A DNA stretch of 64,000 bases from Chiloscyllium plagiosum (lineage: Eukaryota). Positions 51,782-64,000 of the stretch are shown here, piece after piece. Below the pieces are notes generated by a model. The model saw only the letters and a list, made by a program, of their open reading frames with translations. It ran no database searches and was not told the DNA's origin. The stretch spans positions 56,779,187 through 56,843,186 of the forward strand of contig NC_057719.1 in the NCBI RefSeq assembly GCF_004010195.1. Direction: 5' to 3'. Made by a program: the position numbers and the translations under genes. Positions within the stretch are counted from its first letter, which is position 1; each line of letters opens with the position of its first letter.

Positions 51782-52905
51782 GAGTTTGTTGTCGGTTTCT
51801 TCCTCCTTGGTAAACTTTATGCCTGTGAGGGTGTTGTTGATGATGTTAAATGTCTCTTCATCTTGTTTCGTTTTGTGATGACAAAGGTGTCATCTACGTG
51901 GCGGATCCAGATTTTTGGTTTGATGGCAACAAACTTGCATTCCTGGACGTCAGAGTCGAAAGAAAGGACAATGGAGAACTACAAACCTGCGTACACAGAA
52001 AACCGACAAACACTGACCAAATACTTAACTACATCAGCAATCATCCCAACACACACAAACGAAGCTGTATCAGAACACTATTCCAACGAACCACCACACA
52101 GTGCAGCACAGGCGAACTTCGGAAAACAGAGGAGAACCACCTATACAATGTATTCAAGAAGAACGGATACTCAAAATATACAGTCCGCAGATTCCTCAGG
52201 AACAAACCACGACTACCAGACCAAACACAGCCAGAAACCCTAACCACCTTACCATACATCAAAGAAGTCTCAGAAATGACAGCCAGACTACTAAGACCCC
52301 TCGGAATCCTAGTAGCACACAAACCCACCAACACTCTCAAACAAAAACTAACAAACTTAAAAGACCCAGTACAACCCATGGACAAAACCAACGTCATCTA
52401 CAAAATTCCATGCAAGGACTGCCACAAGCACTACGTAGGACAAACAGGAAGGAAGTTAGCCATCAGGATACACGAACACCAGCTAGCCACAAAAAGACAC
52501 GACCCTCTCTCCCTCGTAGCCCTACACACGGATGAAAAAAAACACCATTTCGACTGAGACAACATATCTATCCTGGGACTGGCTAAGCAAAGACATGCCA
52601 GAGAATTCTTAGACGTCTGGCACTCCAACCACAACGCCATAAACAAACACATAGATCTAGATACCATCTATCAACCCCTCAGAAAACAAACAGGAAATGA
52701 CATCATCACAAACCCCAGGAACCCCATCCAGGAGAAAGATATAAATAGTAAGCAGGAGACAACAGCTTCACTTCACTTGGAGGTCGCCACTGATGATGTT
52801 ATCTAGCCAGGTAATGAAACGTCTGGATATCAAACCTACAGCTCAGCGAGCAATCCTACACCCTAAACCTCAACCTGAGCTACAAACCTTCACAAACCTT
52901 GCAAA
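51782..52905 (+). mobile_element. Penelope-like element (Poseidon-type) with inverted 5' RT segment; 3' hammerhead motif
   Basis: KLAFLDV...HRKPTNTDQILNYISNHP...VIYKIPCKDCHKHYVGQTGRKL..RIHEH (GIY-YIG); the inverted 51782-51925 segment encodes IWIRHVDDTFVI on the minus strand. Confidence 0.92.
52787..52826 (+). ncRNA. Minimal hammerhead ribozyme motif
   Basis: cca-CTGATGA-t-GTTATC(tagcca)GGTAAT-GAAA-C-GTC-tgg; stem II fully paired with G:U. Confidence 0.7.
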
Positions 52906-52910
52906 AAGCT

Positions 52911-53595
52911 NNNNNNNNNNNNNNNNNNNNNNNNNNNNNNNNNNNNNNNNNNNNNNNNNNNNNNNNNNNNNNNNNNNNNNNNNNNNNNNNNNNNNNNNNN
53001 NNNNNNNNNNNNNNNNNNNNNNNNNNNNNNNNNNNNNNNNNNNNNNNNNNNNNNNNNNNNNNNNNNNNNNNNNNNNNNNNNNNNNNNNNNNNNNNNNNNN
53101 NNNNNNNNNNNNNNNNNNNNNNNNNNNNNNNNNNNNNNNNNNNNNNNNNNNNNNNNNNNNNNNNNNNNNNNNNNNNNNNNNNNNNNNNNNNNNNNNNNNN
53201 NNNNNNNNNNNNNNNNNNNNNNNNNNNNNNNNNNNNNNNNNNNNNNNNNNNNNNNNNNNNNNNNNNNNNNNNNNNNNNNNNNNNNNNNNNNNNNNNNNNN
53301 NNNNNNNNNNNNNNNNNNNNNNNNNNNNNNNNNNNNNNNNNNNNNNNNNNNNNNNNNNNNNNNNNNNNNNNNNNNNNNNNNNNNNNNNNNNNNNNNNNNN
53401 NNNNNNNNNNNNNNNNNNNNNNNNNNNNNNNNNNNNNNNNNNNNNNNNNNNNNNNNNNNNNNNNNNNNNNNNNNNNNNNNNNNNNNNNNNNNNNNNNNNN
53501 NNNNNNNNNNNNNNNNNNNNNNNNNNNNNNNNNNNNNNNNNNNNNNNNNNNNNNNNNNNNNNNNNNNNNNNNNNNNNNNNNNNNNNNNNNNNNNN
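52911..53595. other. Assembly gap (N run)
   Basis: Run of n. Confidence 1.
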
Positions 53596-53930
53596 GGTGA
53601 CCTTATAGAGGTTTACAAAATTATGAGGGGCATGGATAGGATAAATAAACAAAGTATTTTCCCTGAGGCCAGGGAATCCAAAACTAGAGGGCATAGGTTT
53701 AGGGTGAGAGGGGAAAGATACAAAAGAGACCTAAGGGACAACTTTTTCACACAGAGGGTGGTACGTGAATGGAAGTGGTGGTACAATTGCAACATTTAAG
53801 AGACATTTGGATGGGTATATGAATAGGAAGGGTTTAGAAGGATATAGGCTGGGTGCTGGCAGGTGGGACTAGATGGGGCTGAGATATGTGGTCGGCTTGG
53901 ATGGGTTGGACTGAAGGATCTGTTTCCGTG
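53596..53930 (+). mobile_element. CR1 LINE 3' end
   Basis: ggtgaccttatagaggtttacaaaattatgagg...ggactgaaggatctgtttccgtg. Confidence 0.85.
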
Positions 53931-54829
53931 TGTTGGTAGGTTTATGGGCAGGCAAAAGGCAAATGAGGGAAGAAGGTGGTGGTTATGTATTCTTCTTGAG
54001 AGGAAAGCCTGAGTATCAACCCAAGGCTCATGGAATTGTTTTTACTATTAAAAATGTAGTAGTTAACTGAATCTCAGAGTTCCCCGTTCACATCAATGAT
54101 CATCTTGTGACATTCCATCTACAACTTACCAAGAATAAGCAGGCAATGATCACGAGTGCCTATGTCCTAACCCTTGATTGCATTGATGAATCTAAAGCTC
54201 TCAACCTTGCTCATGGAACTTCATTATGTGAAGGACATATCTTTAAGCTTATCTCAACACCTTTGCAGAAACATACTGTATTATCTCTCACCGCATCAAA
54301 TCCGTGAGTGGTGCCTTTGGACGCTTAAGCTTTCAATCACCAAAACATTCATAGTGGTACTTAGATCATTGTGTGGAAGGCAGTCATCCTTTTGACTGTT
54401 CTATCTGGCTTCAGAACTGGATTATTTATAGATGACACCTCAAGGGCCCTGCAAAAGTACCACTGATGTTGTCTGAGGCCTCATATCAGCCAGGAGGACA
54501 AGCCTACTAACATCAGTGCCCTTGAAGAAGCCAACAGTATCAACATTGAAGCCACGATGATCCGAAGGCATGATCATCTGAAACAACTTTGCACTGGCCT
54601 GGCCACATGCTTAGGACACCCGAGTTCTGACTGCCACAGAAAATCATCTTTTCCCAGCTCAAGAAAGGCACATGAACAAGAGGAAGGTAAAGGAAGTATT
54701 TCAAAGACTCCCTGAAGGTTTTTAATCAAGAAGTACATTCCACATGTCAACACGTGGAGAGCTTCACAAGAAACTGACAGGGCATAGATCAGACTACTAC
54801 AACCCCTTGGCATCATGGGTAGCCCACAA

Positions 54830-55480
54830 AACTACCAACACACTGAAACAGCTACTGATAAACCTAAAGGACCCTGTACAACAACCAGCAAAATGAATGT
54901 AATATCCAAAATACCCTGCAAGGACGGCAACAAACACTACAATGGACAGACAGTCAGGAAACTAGCCACCAGGATACACTAGCACCAACTAGCCACTTAA
55001 ATACATCACCCACAATCACTAGTATCCTTACACACAGACGAAGAAGGACACCGCTTCGACTGGGACAACACATCCATCCTTGGATAGGCTAAACAAAGAC
55101 ACACACAGGAATTCCTAGAGGCCTGGCATTCAGACCGGAACTCCATTTATAAACACATTGATTTGGACTCCATTTATCAACCTCTGAGAAAAAGAACCGG
55201 AAACGATATCACCCACTGTTACAGACCAGGACACACAAATAGAAGGTGGGACAGAACACCAATGCTTCAACGGAGGCTCACTGATGATGTAACCTAGCAT
55301 GGTGACGAAACGTCTGAGAACAGCAAGCCAACTTAAAACCTGAACTAACAAGTATGATTGTCCACCTGGAAAAATTGGTGTCAGTGGTCATGGATTCTCT
55401 GGATCCGAGAACAAACCTATCAGTGAACAAACTTACAACCCGAAACTCAACCCGAGCTAAAAATCTTCTCAAAAATTGCA
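54830..55480 (+). mobile_element. Penelope-like (Poseidon-type) GIY-YIG and 3' fragment
   Basis: NVISKIPCKDGNKHYNGQTVRKLATRIH...FDWDNTSILG...EFLEAWHS; ends cccgagctaaaaatcttctcaaaa like the 5-kb copy. Confidence 0.85.
55277..55318 (+). ncRNA. Minimal hammerhead ribozyme motif
   Basis: ctca-CTGATGA-t-GTAACC(tagcat)GGTGAC-GAAA-C-GTC-tgag. Confidence 0.68.
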
Positions 55481-56189
55481 TTCTTATTAGTGAGTGACTA
55501 TCGATATCGTTGACAACAAGGCTATGTACCAATTTAGTGACTAAGCCACAGACCAGATCAATGTTTAAGAACAGGCTAGAAAGATGCTTGAAGGAAAGGG
55601 GGACAATAATTAGAAATGAGAACATGGTGGACATATCAATTAATGCTGTCTGGAGAACAAACAACAAGACAAAAAACAGTTTAGTGAACAAGTTGTTTAG
55701 GTATTGTATTATCTTTGTAATTCTATAGCATCAGTTCTTGGATTTGCAAATGATAGATCAATTGATGACTCGGTCAAAAATATCGTATTTCCACCAACCA
55801 TCGAATGGGATAGCTCAATCAATCTCTAACAGGTATGATATTCTGCACAGAGTTTGTACAAATATGCAACAGATCCTGGGAGCCACTCAAAGTTATACAA
55901 TTCTATCATGTGGACTGATAGAAAATAGTTTAAAACTTCATGCAACAGGAAAAATGATGTATTTGTGAAGATTGCCTGAATACAACTGCAAAATTGCATA
56001 GGGAGCAAGGTATGTCTTAAGATAGTCAACAAAAAGAAGTTTAATCTCAAAACAGAAATGGCAGATACTAATGTTCTTTTCTTTTTAATCGAAGTAAGCA
56101 GCAAAAAATAGTTAACTTTATCAACTAAAGTTTTTACAAATCTCTCAACCGATTGACAGGTTCAATTTTTATAGAACAAAGGAAAAATT

Positions 56190-56400
56190 AGACAATAGAC
56201 AATAGGTGCAGGAGTAGGCCATTCAGCCCTTCGAGCCTGCACCGCCATTCAATATAATCATGGCTGATCATTCCTAATCAGTATCCTGTTCCTGCCTTAT
56301 CTCCATAACCCTTGATTCCACTATCTTTGAGAGCTCTATCCAACTCTTTCTTAAATGAATCCAGAGAGTGGGCCTCCACTGCCCTCTGGGGCAGAGCAAT
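56190..56400 (-). mobile_element. Short, well-preserved CR1 3' end
   Basis: agacaatagacaataggtgcaggagtaggccattcagcccttcgagcctgc. Confidence 0.8.
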
Positions 56401-56599
56401 TCTGAAATAAAAATCAAAATATATTCAAATACATACTGGATACCAATAAGGAATCATTGGATAATGTTAAATTTTCGACTTTTCCTTCAGATATTCTAAT
56501 AAATAATTACAATCAGTAATTAGAATCAATATTTACATTCAAACCCTATTTTTCCATTTCATGAACTTGAGTTTAAATCTGCTCAGATCATTAGGGCTA

Positions 56600-58720
56600 A
56601 AATCCCTTGCTATGTATGTTTCTGGAGGCAATTTGAGAAACACAGCAGAAATTCATTACAAAGAAGAAGAAGAAGTGAAGGCATGATGAGGCAACCATGG
56701 TTGAAAAAGGAAGTCAGGTAAAGCATAAAGCAAAAAAGAGCAAACAGTGAGTGAAGATTACTGAGAAGCCAGAGGATTGGGAAGGCTGTAAAAACCAGCA
56801 GAGGGTAACTAAAAAAGCAAAAAGGTGGGAAAATATGAAACAAGAGTGCAATCTAGCTAGTTATATAAAGGAAGATTGCAAGCAATTTTTTAGATTGCAA
56901 AAGCTAAGACAGAGTTAAGACTGGACATTGGGCCACTGGAAAATGAGGCAAGAGAAGAAGTAATGAGAAACTAAGAAAACAAAGAAAGGAAGAAAAACAA
57001 ATAAGGAATTGAATGGATACCTTGCATCAGATTTCTCCATGGAACACACCTGCAGTATACCAGAACTTTAGGAGTGTCAAGGGGTAGATATGAGCATAGT
57101 GACCATCACTATGGAGAGGGTGCTGGGGAAACTGAAAGGTCTGAAGGTGGATAAATTAATTGAACCAGATGGACTACATCCCAGAATTGTGAAGGAGATA
57201 GCCGGGGAGACTATAGAGGCATTGGTGGTGAGTTTTCAGGAATCTCTGAAGTTAGGGCAGGTCCCAAAGGACTGGAAAATGGCTAATGGCTGTTTAAGAA
57301 GGGAAGGAGGCAGAAGGCACGGAAGTCTACTCTGGTTAGCCTAATCTCAGTCATTGATAAGATTTTAGAATCCATTAGAATCCCGGGTTCAATTCCCGCC
57401 TCAGGCGACTGACTGTGTGGAGTTTGCACGTTCTCCCCGTGTCTGCGTGGGTTTCCTCCGGGTGCTCCGGTTTCCTCCCACAGTCCAAAGATGTGCAGGT
57501 CAGGTGAATTGGCCATGCTAAATTGCCCGTAGTGTTAGGTAAGGGGTAAATGTAGGGGTATGGGTGGGTTGCGCTTCGGCGGGGCGGTGTGGACTTGTTG
57601 GGCCGAAGGGCCTGTTTCCACACTGTAAGTAATCTAATCTAATCTAATTATTAAGGAACAGATTGCATAATGCTTGGAAGGGCATGTTAAAAGACGGCTG
57701 AATCAGCATGACTTCATCAAGGAGCAATCATACTGACCGAACTGTTCGAATTCTTTAAAGAGGTAAGAAGTAAGTTAGACAAAGGAGTGCCACTTGACAT
57801 GACCTATTTGGATTGTTAGAAGGCCTTTGACAAGGTTCAACACAGGAGGCTGCTAAATAAGGTAAGAGCCTATGGTGTTAGAGGTAGCTACTGGCAAGGA
57901 TAAAGAATTGGCTGACTGGCAGAAGACAAAGAGTAGGGATAAAGAGGTCTTTTTCAGGATGGCAACCAGCGACTAGTGGATTTCCGCAGGGGTCTGTGTT
58001 GCAACTACACTATTTACCTTATATATTAATAACCTGGTTGAAGGAACTGAGGGAATTGTTGTTAAATTATCAGATGAGACAAAGATAGATGGAGGGTCAG
58101 GTCACGTTGAGGAAGTGGAGAAGCTGTAGAAGGACTTGGACAGGCTAGGAGAGTGGGCAAGAAAGTGGTAGATGAAATACAATGTGGGAAAGTGTCAGGT
58201 TATTCAATTTGTTAGGAAGAACAGAGGCACAGACTACTTTTGAAATGTGGAAAGGTTTCGGAAATCTGAAGCACAAAAGGACTTGCGAGTGGCAGTTCAG
58301 GGATTTTCTTAAGGTTAGCATGCAGGTTCAGTTGGCAGTTAGGAAGGCAAATGCAATGTTAGCATTCATTTCAATAGGACTAGAATTCAAGAGCAAAGAT
58401 GTACTGCTGATGCTGAATAAAGCTCTGGTCAGACTGCATTTCAAATACTCTTGAGTAGTTTTGGGTGCTGGAGGGATTCAAGAGGTGGTTTACAAGAATG
58501 ATTTGGGAGATATGTGAAGTGGTTAAGAACTCTGGGTCCGTACTCAATGGAGTTTAGAAGGATGAGGGGGATCTGACCGAAACTGAGAAGCCTGGGTAAA
58601 TGTATACAAGATGTTTCCACAAGGGATGACCCTTTAGAACTGAGATGAGGAAGAATTTCTTTCGCCAGAGGAAGAAACATTTTAGGCATGATTGAATGGA
58701 GGAGCAAACTCGATGGGCCA
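56600..58720 (+). mobile_element. Decayed CR1 ORF2, split by a young SINE
   Basis: LKGLKVDK..PDGLHPRIVKEIA, aaggcctttgacaagg, ccgcaggggtctgtgtt, AVRKANAMLAFIS. Confidence 0.82.
57378..57647 (+). mobile_element. Young, 5'-truncated V-SINE/HE1-like SINE with (TAATC)n tail
   Basis: B-box cgggttcaattccc, many intact CpGs, tail aagtaatctaatctaatctaa. Confidence 0.88.
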
Positions 58721-61700
58721 GAAAGTTTAAGTGAAAGGCAAAAATTTTGGTGTATAGAATATTATGTGGGAAAATGAGAGGTTATGCACTTTGGCAGGAT
58801 GAATAGAGGAGCTGAATAGGAAAGATTCAAAAAGCTGCAGCATAAGATCCTTATCCATAAATCACAAAAGCTAACATAGTAACTACCCCATTAGTGCGTA
58901 ATAGGGAAAACAAATAGATGGACTTTATTTCAAAGGGAATAGAGTACAGAAATACGGTAGCCTTGCTAAAGCTACATAAGATACGAGTCAGATCACTCCT
59001 AGAATACCGTGAACCATTTAATGCCGATAACTAAAGAAAATATATACTGGCTTTGAAAGAAATCCGGCGAAGGTTCACCATATTGATTTCTGAACAAAGG
59101 AATTTGCACAGTTCATCACAGACTCAGAGAGCCACAGACTGATAATGGACAGTGGTACAATTGTGTTCATATATCCACCTGAGCCATCATTAGATAGATA
59201 ACTGGTCCACAGAAGATGTGCTGCTGGATTCTTAGGAGGGGCACTCCAGTACTCACCAGACCACATCTCCAGGATAGATGATGTTCACTGTCCTTTGCAC
59301 AACCTAGCTCAATGATAGGATAATAATTTAGCAGAGAGGGAGATGGACCAATCATATTACTACTTAGACAAGGGTGGGAGGAGTTGTCTAGCAAAGATGC
59401 TAAGGGAGGTGATGGTGATGTTGCTTCTCAAGGTGACAGGGCACCAGGGAAACATAGCAGATAGGCCCGAGAGAATCTAATAGTAGCTGGATTTGTCTTT
59501 GAACTAACATATTTTGGATACTCAAACTCAAGCTTCTGAAACTCAAAATAATTTAAAAGTATTCTCCACATATTTCTGGAAGAATGAACCACATGAGCGT
59601 GTTCTTCAAACACAAGTTTTCATGCAATTTTGGAACATCAGAATGAATTGCATGACAAAGCCTCGAGGTAATTTAAAACAAATTGAAATATATTTGGAAG
59701 ATGGAAATATAATATCTTTCACTGATATTTTGCTGCAGTTATAAAATTCTCAATAGATAATTTCAAAGGTAAGAATACCAACTGGTTGTACAGAAGTCTC
59801 TTCAAACCATATTTTGATAGTAAAATACAGATAATCATCTGCAGGCTTACAAATCAGAATATTGCTGAATCCATTGTGAAGCTTATTAGGGACAGCTATG
59901 TTGAGAGCACCTTGCTACTTCATCAATGGTTCAAATCTGCTTGAAAAGAATGAAACATGCTTCGGACAATGCAGTAAATGATTAGTGTACTTTTTCTAAT
60001 AAAAAGCATCACATAGACAGCAAAATCAAGAAAAATTGCCTGCTGTTATCACATGGATAAATGCTCAGCATTTATCTAACTCTCATACTACTTTAGTGCC
60101 CTGAAGGAAACCAAGATGAATAGTGAACAGCACTACATAAATCCCATCATACAGATATTGAAGTCATCTGTTTCAATATTTTGTTTGCTTCTCGACATCA
60201 GGATCATCTCTCTAAAAAAGTCATGTTATATAGATATGAAAAGCATAAATACAGCATGGATTCAAAATTATACTGCAGCCAAGAAAGTCGCAATCACAAT
60301 CCTAATACTATAAAAATACACAAGCCAAAACAGTGGGAAGTTAAATTGAATATTAAAACATTAAGATGCAATATAGCTTGATTATTTGGCAAATGTTATT
60401 TCCATTGTTGACTATTTAGAGATTACAGATCAACGTTTTTCTCAGGCCCATGTTGACACTACATTTCTAGCAAAATGTACCTGCATTGTTAGATGCAATG
60501 TAATAAAAAACCGTACAGATTGCTTGGAGTTGCAGGGTTATGTTTCTAAAGCATTTATACATTTATTCTGCAGCAAATAAAATGTTCAAGGGAGTAAAAT
60601 TGATAATAATTGCAAATGTTGGGCACAAATAAAATCTTCACAGCAGGAATTTTGGGCAACATAATGAAAAACTGTGCATGTTAGTAATCTGAAACAAAAA
60701 CAGAAATTGAAGAAACTCAGCAGATCTGGCAGCACCTTGGTGAGAAAGCAGAGTTAACATTCCAGGTCCAGTGACCCTTCCTCAGAACTGACAGAATTTG
60801 GGCAGTTTATCTATCATGAACAGTGCATGAAAATGTAAAAGAAATTGATATAGGTTTTAGAAGTACAAAAATACACTTTTACCTTTGTTCTTAGAAGCAG
60901 ACTGAAATTTGTGCTGATCCACCTAAACAAGGAAGTAGATCTCGAAATAAATTATAACAGAGGAAACAATTACCAGGAAATTACTTGAATTTCAAACAAA
61001 TTAAAATGTAAGATGCCCTCTACTGACAACTGTTATATCACTTAGCTAAGTTCAACAATGAAAGAGGGAAAGCTATGAATTTGGGGACAAAAGTATGGCA
61101 TTCAGCTCCTCTAGTTATTCTGCCTCTCAAAGTGATCATGATTTGTACCTTAACTCTATACACTGGCATTACTTCACATTCCTTTGTGTAGGAAAAGTCC
61201 TTTGATCTTGATTTAAAATTAATTAAACTAGCATTGACCACTTTTCATAGGAATGTTTCACACTTCGACCACAGACGTTGAGTGATAACATGTTACTTGG
61301 TATAACACTCATCCCTTTATTGAAATCTCACATCCTAAAAGAAAGCCTAAACAGGTTATATATTCAACCTTAGTTCATAATTGAAGAATTTACTTGTATA
61401 TACAAATCTGAGTCTCTAAACTGCCAATGACTACAACTCCCACAGAAAACTACCTGGCTTTCAGGAATTTCATTCATCTTTTACTGATTGACCTGCTGTC
61501 AGCTCTAAAACTGCAAGTGAGAAAAAAAATCAGTGTAAGATGAAAGTTGTGAGAATTAATAATTTTATTAACTGAGAAATAAAAATCAGAATAGAATAAA
61601 ATTAAAAAAAAAGATTGGGGGATAAAGGACAAGATAAACCCAGGCAAGCAGCAACACAAGTTATTCCATTCAGAATCTATATCAGAACGGAATAACTGTT

Positions 61701-62261
61701 GCACTGTTACTTCCCCGAGTTAATCTTCTTAGTTTTATACTGGACGTCCCCTGCTGCTAATTATTAATATCTTTAGACAGTACTTACTCTAGATCCCATG
61801 GATGAAATAAAATAGTGCTACTAATATGACTGGAGGTCTTGATGCATCTCTTGCACAGCTATCAGTCCAGGATTATTTTGAAGATGTCAAACAATCACAA
61901 ATCAACTGTTCACATACATGGTGGTAGTGGCTTCTAACCACTTTTTCATCCCTTGAATATGGTACTTGCAACTTCCTTCTTATCTTGTGAATTTTGTACT
62001 TGCATCATCCAGCTGTAATCTCACTAAAGTTCCTTTTCACTTATATCAATCTTGATATCTTGTCCTTTGTAACATTAAATAGCAAATCTTCCACAGTCAA
62101 TGGGAACGTGTTAACTGCTTAATTTTTTTTGTAACAGTCCTCCACAGCATTGGAGTCATCCCAGTACAGGAGAAAGTGAGGTCTGCAGATGCTGGAGATC
62201 AAAGTTGAAACTTTATTGCTGGAACAGCACAGCAGGTCAGGCAGCATCCAGGGAACAGGAG

Positions 62262-62297
62262 ATTCGACGTTTCGGGCACAGGCCCTTCCTCAGGAAT
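62262..62297 (-). ncRNA. Minimal hammerhead ribozyme motif (sense to RALGAPA1 pre-mRNA)
   Basis: attc-CTGAGGA-a-GGGC(ctgt)GCCC-GAAA-C-GTC-gaat. Confidence 0.7.
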
Positions 62298-62512
62298 GAG
62301 CAGAGAGTGTTCAGCAGGAGAAGATAAAAGGTAGGGAGGAGGGACTTGGAGGAGGGGAGTTGGAAATGTCTTCTTCTTGACCTCTCCGCCTCCATCCTAC
62401 TCCCACCTATCACCCTCACCTTGACCTCTTTCCACCTATCACATTTCCAACGCCCCTCCTCCAAGTCCCTCCTCCCTACCTTTTATCTTCTCCTGCTGAA
62501 CACTCTCTGCTC

Positions 62513-62548
62513 ATTCCTGAAGAAGGGCCTGTGCCCGAAACGTCGAAT
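62513..62548 (+). ncRNA. Minimal hammerhead ribozyme motif
   Basis: attc-CTGAAGA-a-GGGC(ctgt)GCCC-GAAA-C-GTC-gaat; stems I and II perfectly paired. Confidence 0.72.
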
Positions 62549-63479
62549 CTCCTGTTCCCTGGATGCTGCCTGACCTGCTGTGCTGTTCCAGCAATAAAGT
62601 TTCAACTTTGATATCCAAATGAATCCAACAAGAACTGGACCAAGCATATGTGGTACTCATAATCTTCTTCATCCTAAGTATACGCATGATTTTACTACAA
62701 CTGCTAAGTATTTCATCAGTAATATTTTCAGCAACATAACACAAAACATCGCAGATAAGAAAAACTGCAGCATATTAACATGCCAAATTTCCCCTAAAGT
62801 AAATGCATTAAAATTCCATCAAATTTGACAATATTGTTATGTATTTGGCTTTAAGGGGTTAACACGTAGGGGGTTCCATACAACAGCCAAGCAGGGTGAG
62901 ATCAATAGTTGTGATGTTGAGAAGATATGCTCTTCTTCATTAGGGTAAATAAAACCACAGAAAGTAGACAAAATCAAACACAAAATATTGCTGAGGAAAG
63001 GAGTGAACAAAGACAGAAATGGGAACTATTTAAATGTAAATCTATGATTCGCTCCAGTAATAATATCTAACAATATTCAATATCTAGGATCATACCAAAA
63101 GAGTACTTTGAAGTATTAAAGGGATTTTCTGCTATCTAGTGATCTCTGAGGCATGAAGTTTCCCTTTCTTGATATGTGCAAGATCAAGACAAACACTAGG
63201 CATACAGTAACAGTGATATCACCGCAGGGAGTTGGCAGCCAATTACACTGAAGTATTCTCAAACAGCAAATCAGAAAGTAAAATGCAGTAAAATCTTCTA
63301 CTCAATTAAAATTTCCACAGAGTAAATACAAATCATCAGTGATACACATGGGATTAAAGTAGCTGAAATATCATAACTTTTTTTTAAATTTGAAAAAAAC
63401 ATTATTGCCATAATAATGGCAAAAAAGCATCCCAGTGATATAACATTAGATTTCTATGAGTAACTATTGAGTTATTAAA

Positions 63480-64000
63480 ATTAAATTGCATTTATATAGT
63501 AACTGTTATGGCCACAGAAAGATCCAAAATGCTTTACAGCCAATAAAGTACTTTGGAAGTACAGTCAGTGTTGACACATAGCAGGCAATTTACATGTAGC
63601 AAGCTCCCACAAAAAGAAATGCTGTACTAATTATTGAAAAAATATTGACTATGACACCTGGAACAACTTTCTCATCAGTGGTGAGGTTCTGGAACCCACG
63701 AGTTCAAAGGGTAATACAGGCAAAAACCATAATCACATTAAAACATGCGGTGGAACAGTCAATGGGTTTAGGAATCAAAATTTGGAGAGTGGGATTAGTG
63801 TGACGAGGTATTCATCGACTGGTATGGACATAATGTGCCAGACGACTACCTTCTGTGCATGAAATCTTACTGTGTTTTCTATGTATCTATAACTCTTATT
63901 AAAAATAGTGCCATTGGCTCTTCTATGTCTACATTAGAGGACAGACAGGCCTTCACTTAGTAGGCTCTCGTCAAAAAGATAGCAGCTTAAATCTTCCAAC
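63480..64000 (-). mobile_element. Interrupted Deu-domain-like SINE (SacSINE1/AmnSINE group); similar relic at ~28710-28990
   Basis: Minus strand ggcctgtctgtcctctaatgtagacatagaagagccaatggcactattt resembles the recalled Deu core; 3' part at 63480-63680. Confidence 0.5.

Larger units (their letters stand above)
62168..62612. mobile_element. Palindromic Penelope-terminus element with ~172-bp inverted arms
   Basis: Arms 62198-62369 and 62441-62612, two mismatches by eye; the ORF track shows mirror-image ORFs. Confidence 0.9.

Noticed and set aside
52793..53694. Long ORFs of 233-274 aa
   Set aside because: Artefacts of the second N gap.
47568..64000. Expected upstream RALGAPA1 exon (recalled as VLHGCVYG...LQPVTE)
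   Set aside because: Not found by eye; probably beyond the window, though a missed exon cannot be excluded without TBLASTN.

Overview
Vertebrate genomic DNA, AT-rich and repeat-dense. The repeat complement (CR1/HER1-like LINEs, V-SINE-like SINEs, two Penelope families) suggests a cartilaginous fish; this is inferred. The window appears to lie inside one minus-strand gene, RALGAPA1 (Ral GTPase-activating protein catalytic subunit alpha-1). Six internal coding exons splice in frame: 47567-46703, 35301-35230, 32497-32374, 23001-22846, 13960-13802 and 6281-6154. They encode most of the C-terminal Rap-GAP-type domain, including the KKLRHLGND 'Asn-thumb' motif. I did not find the flanking exons in the window. 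The last visible exon ends at a GTATCCTTT U12-type (minor spliceosome) donor. The introns are packed with often nested retroelements. The most notable non-coding signal is a set of minimal hammerhead-ribozyme motifs in the termini of two Penelope-like families, with compensatory stem changes between copies. Some sit in short palindromic inserts flanked by target-site duplications (TSDs), with a motif on each strand. Other oddities are a ~112-bp direct repeat bracketing the 865-bp exon, 5' fold-back and inversion junctions of Penelope insertions, and a CR1 that contains an inverted copy of its own 5' junction. There are two N gaps. Everything was read by eye and repeat boundaries are approximate.
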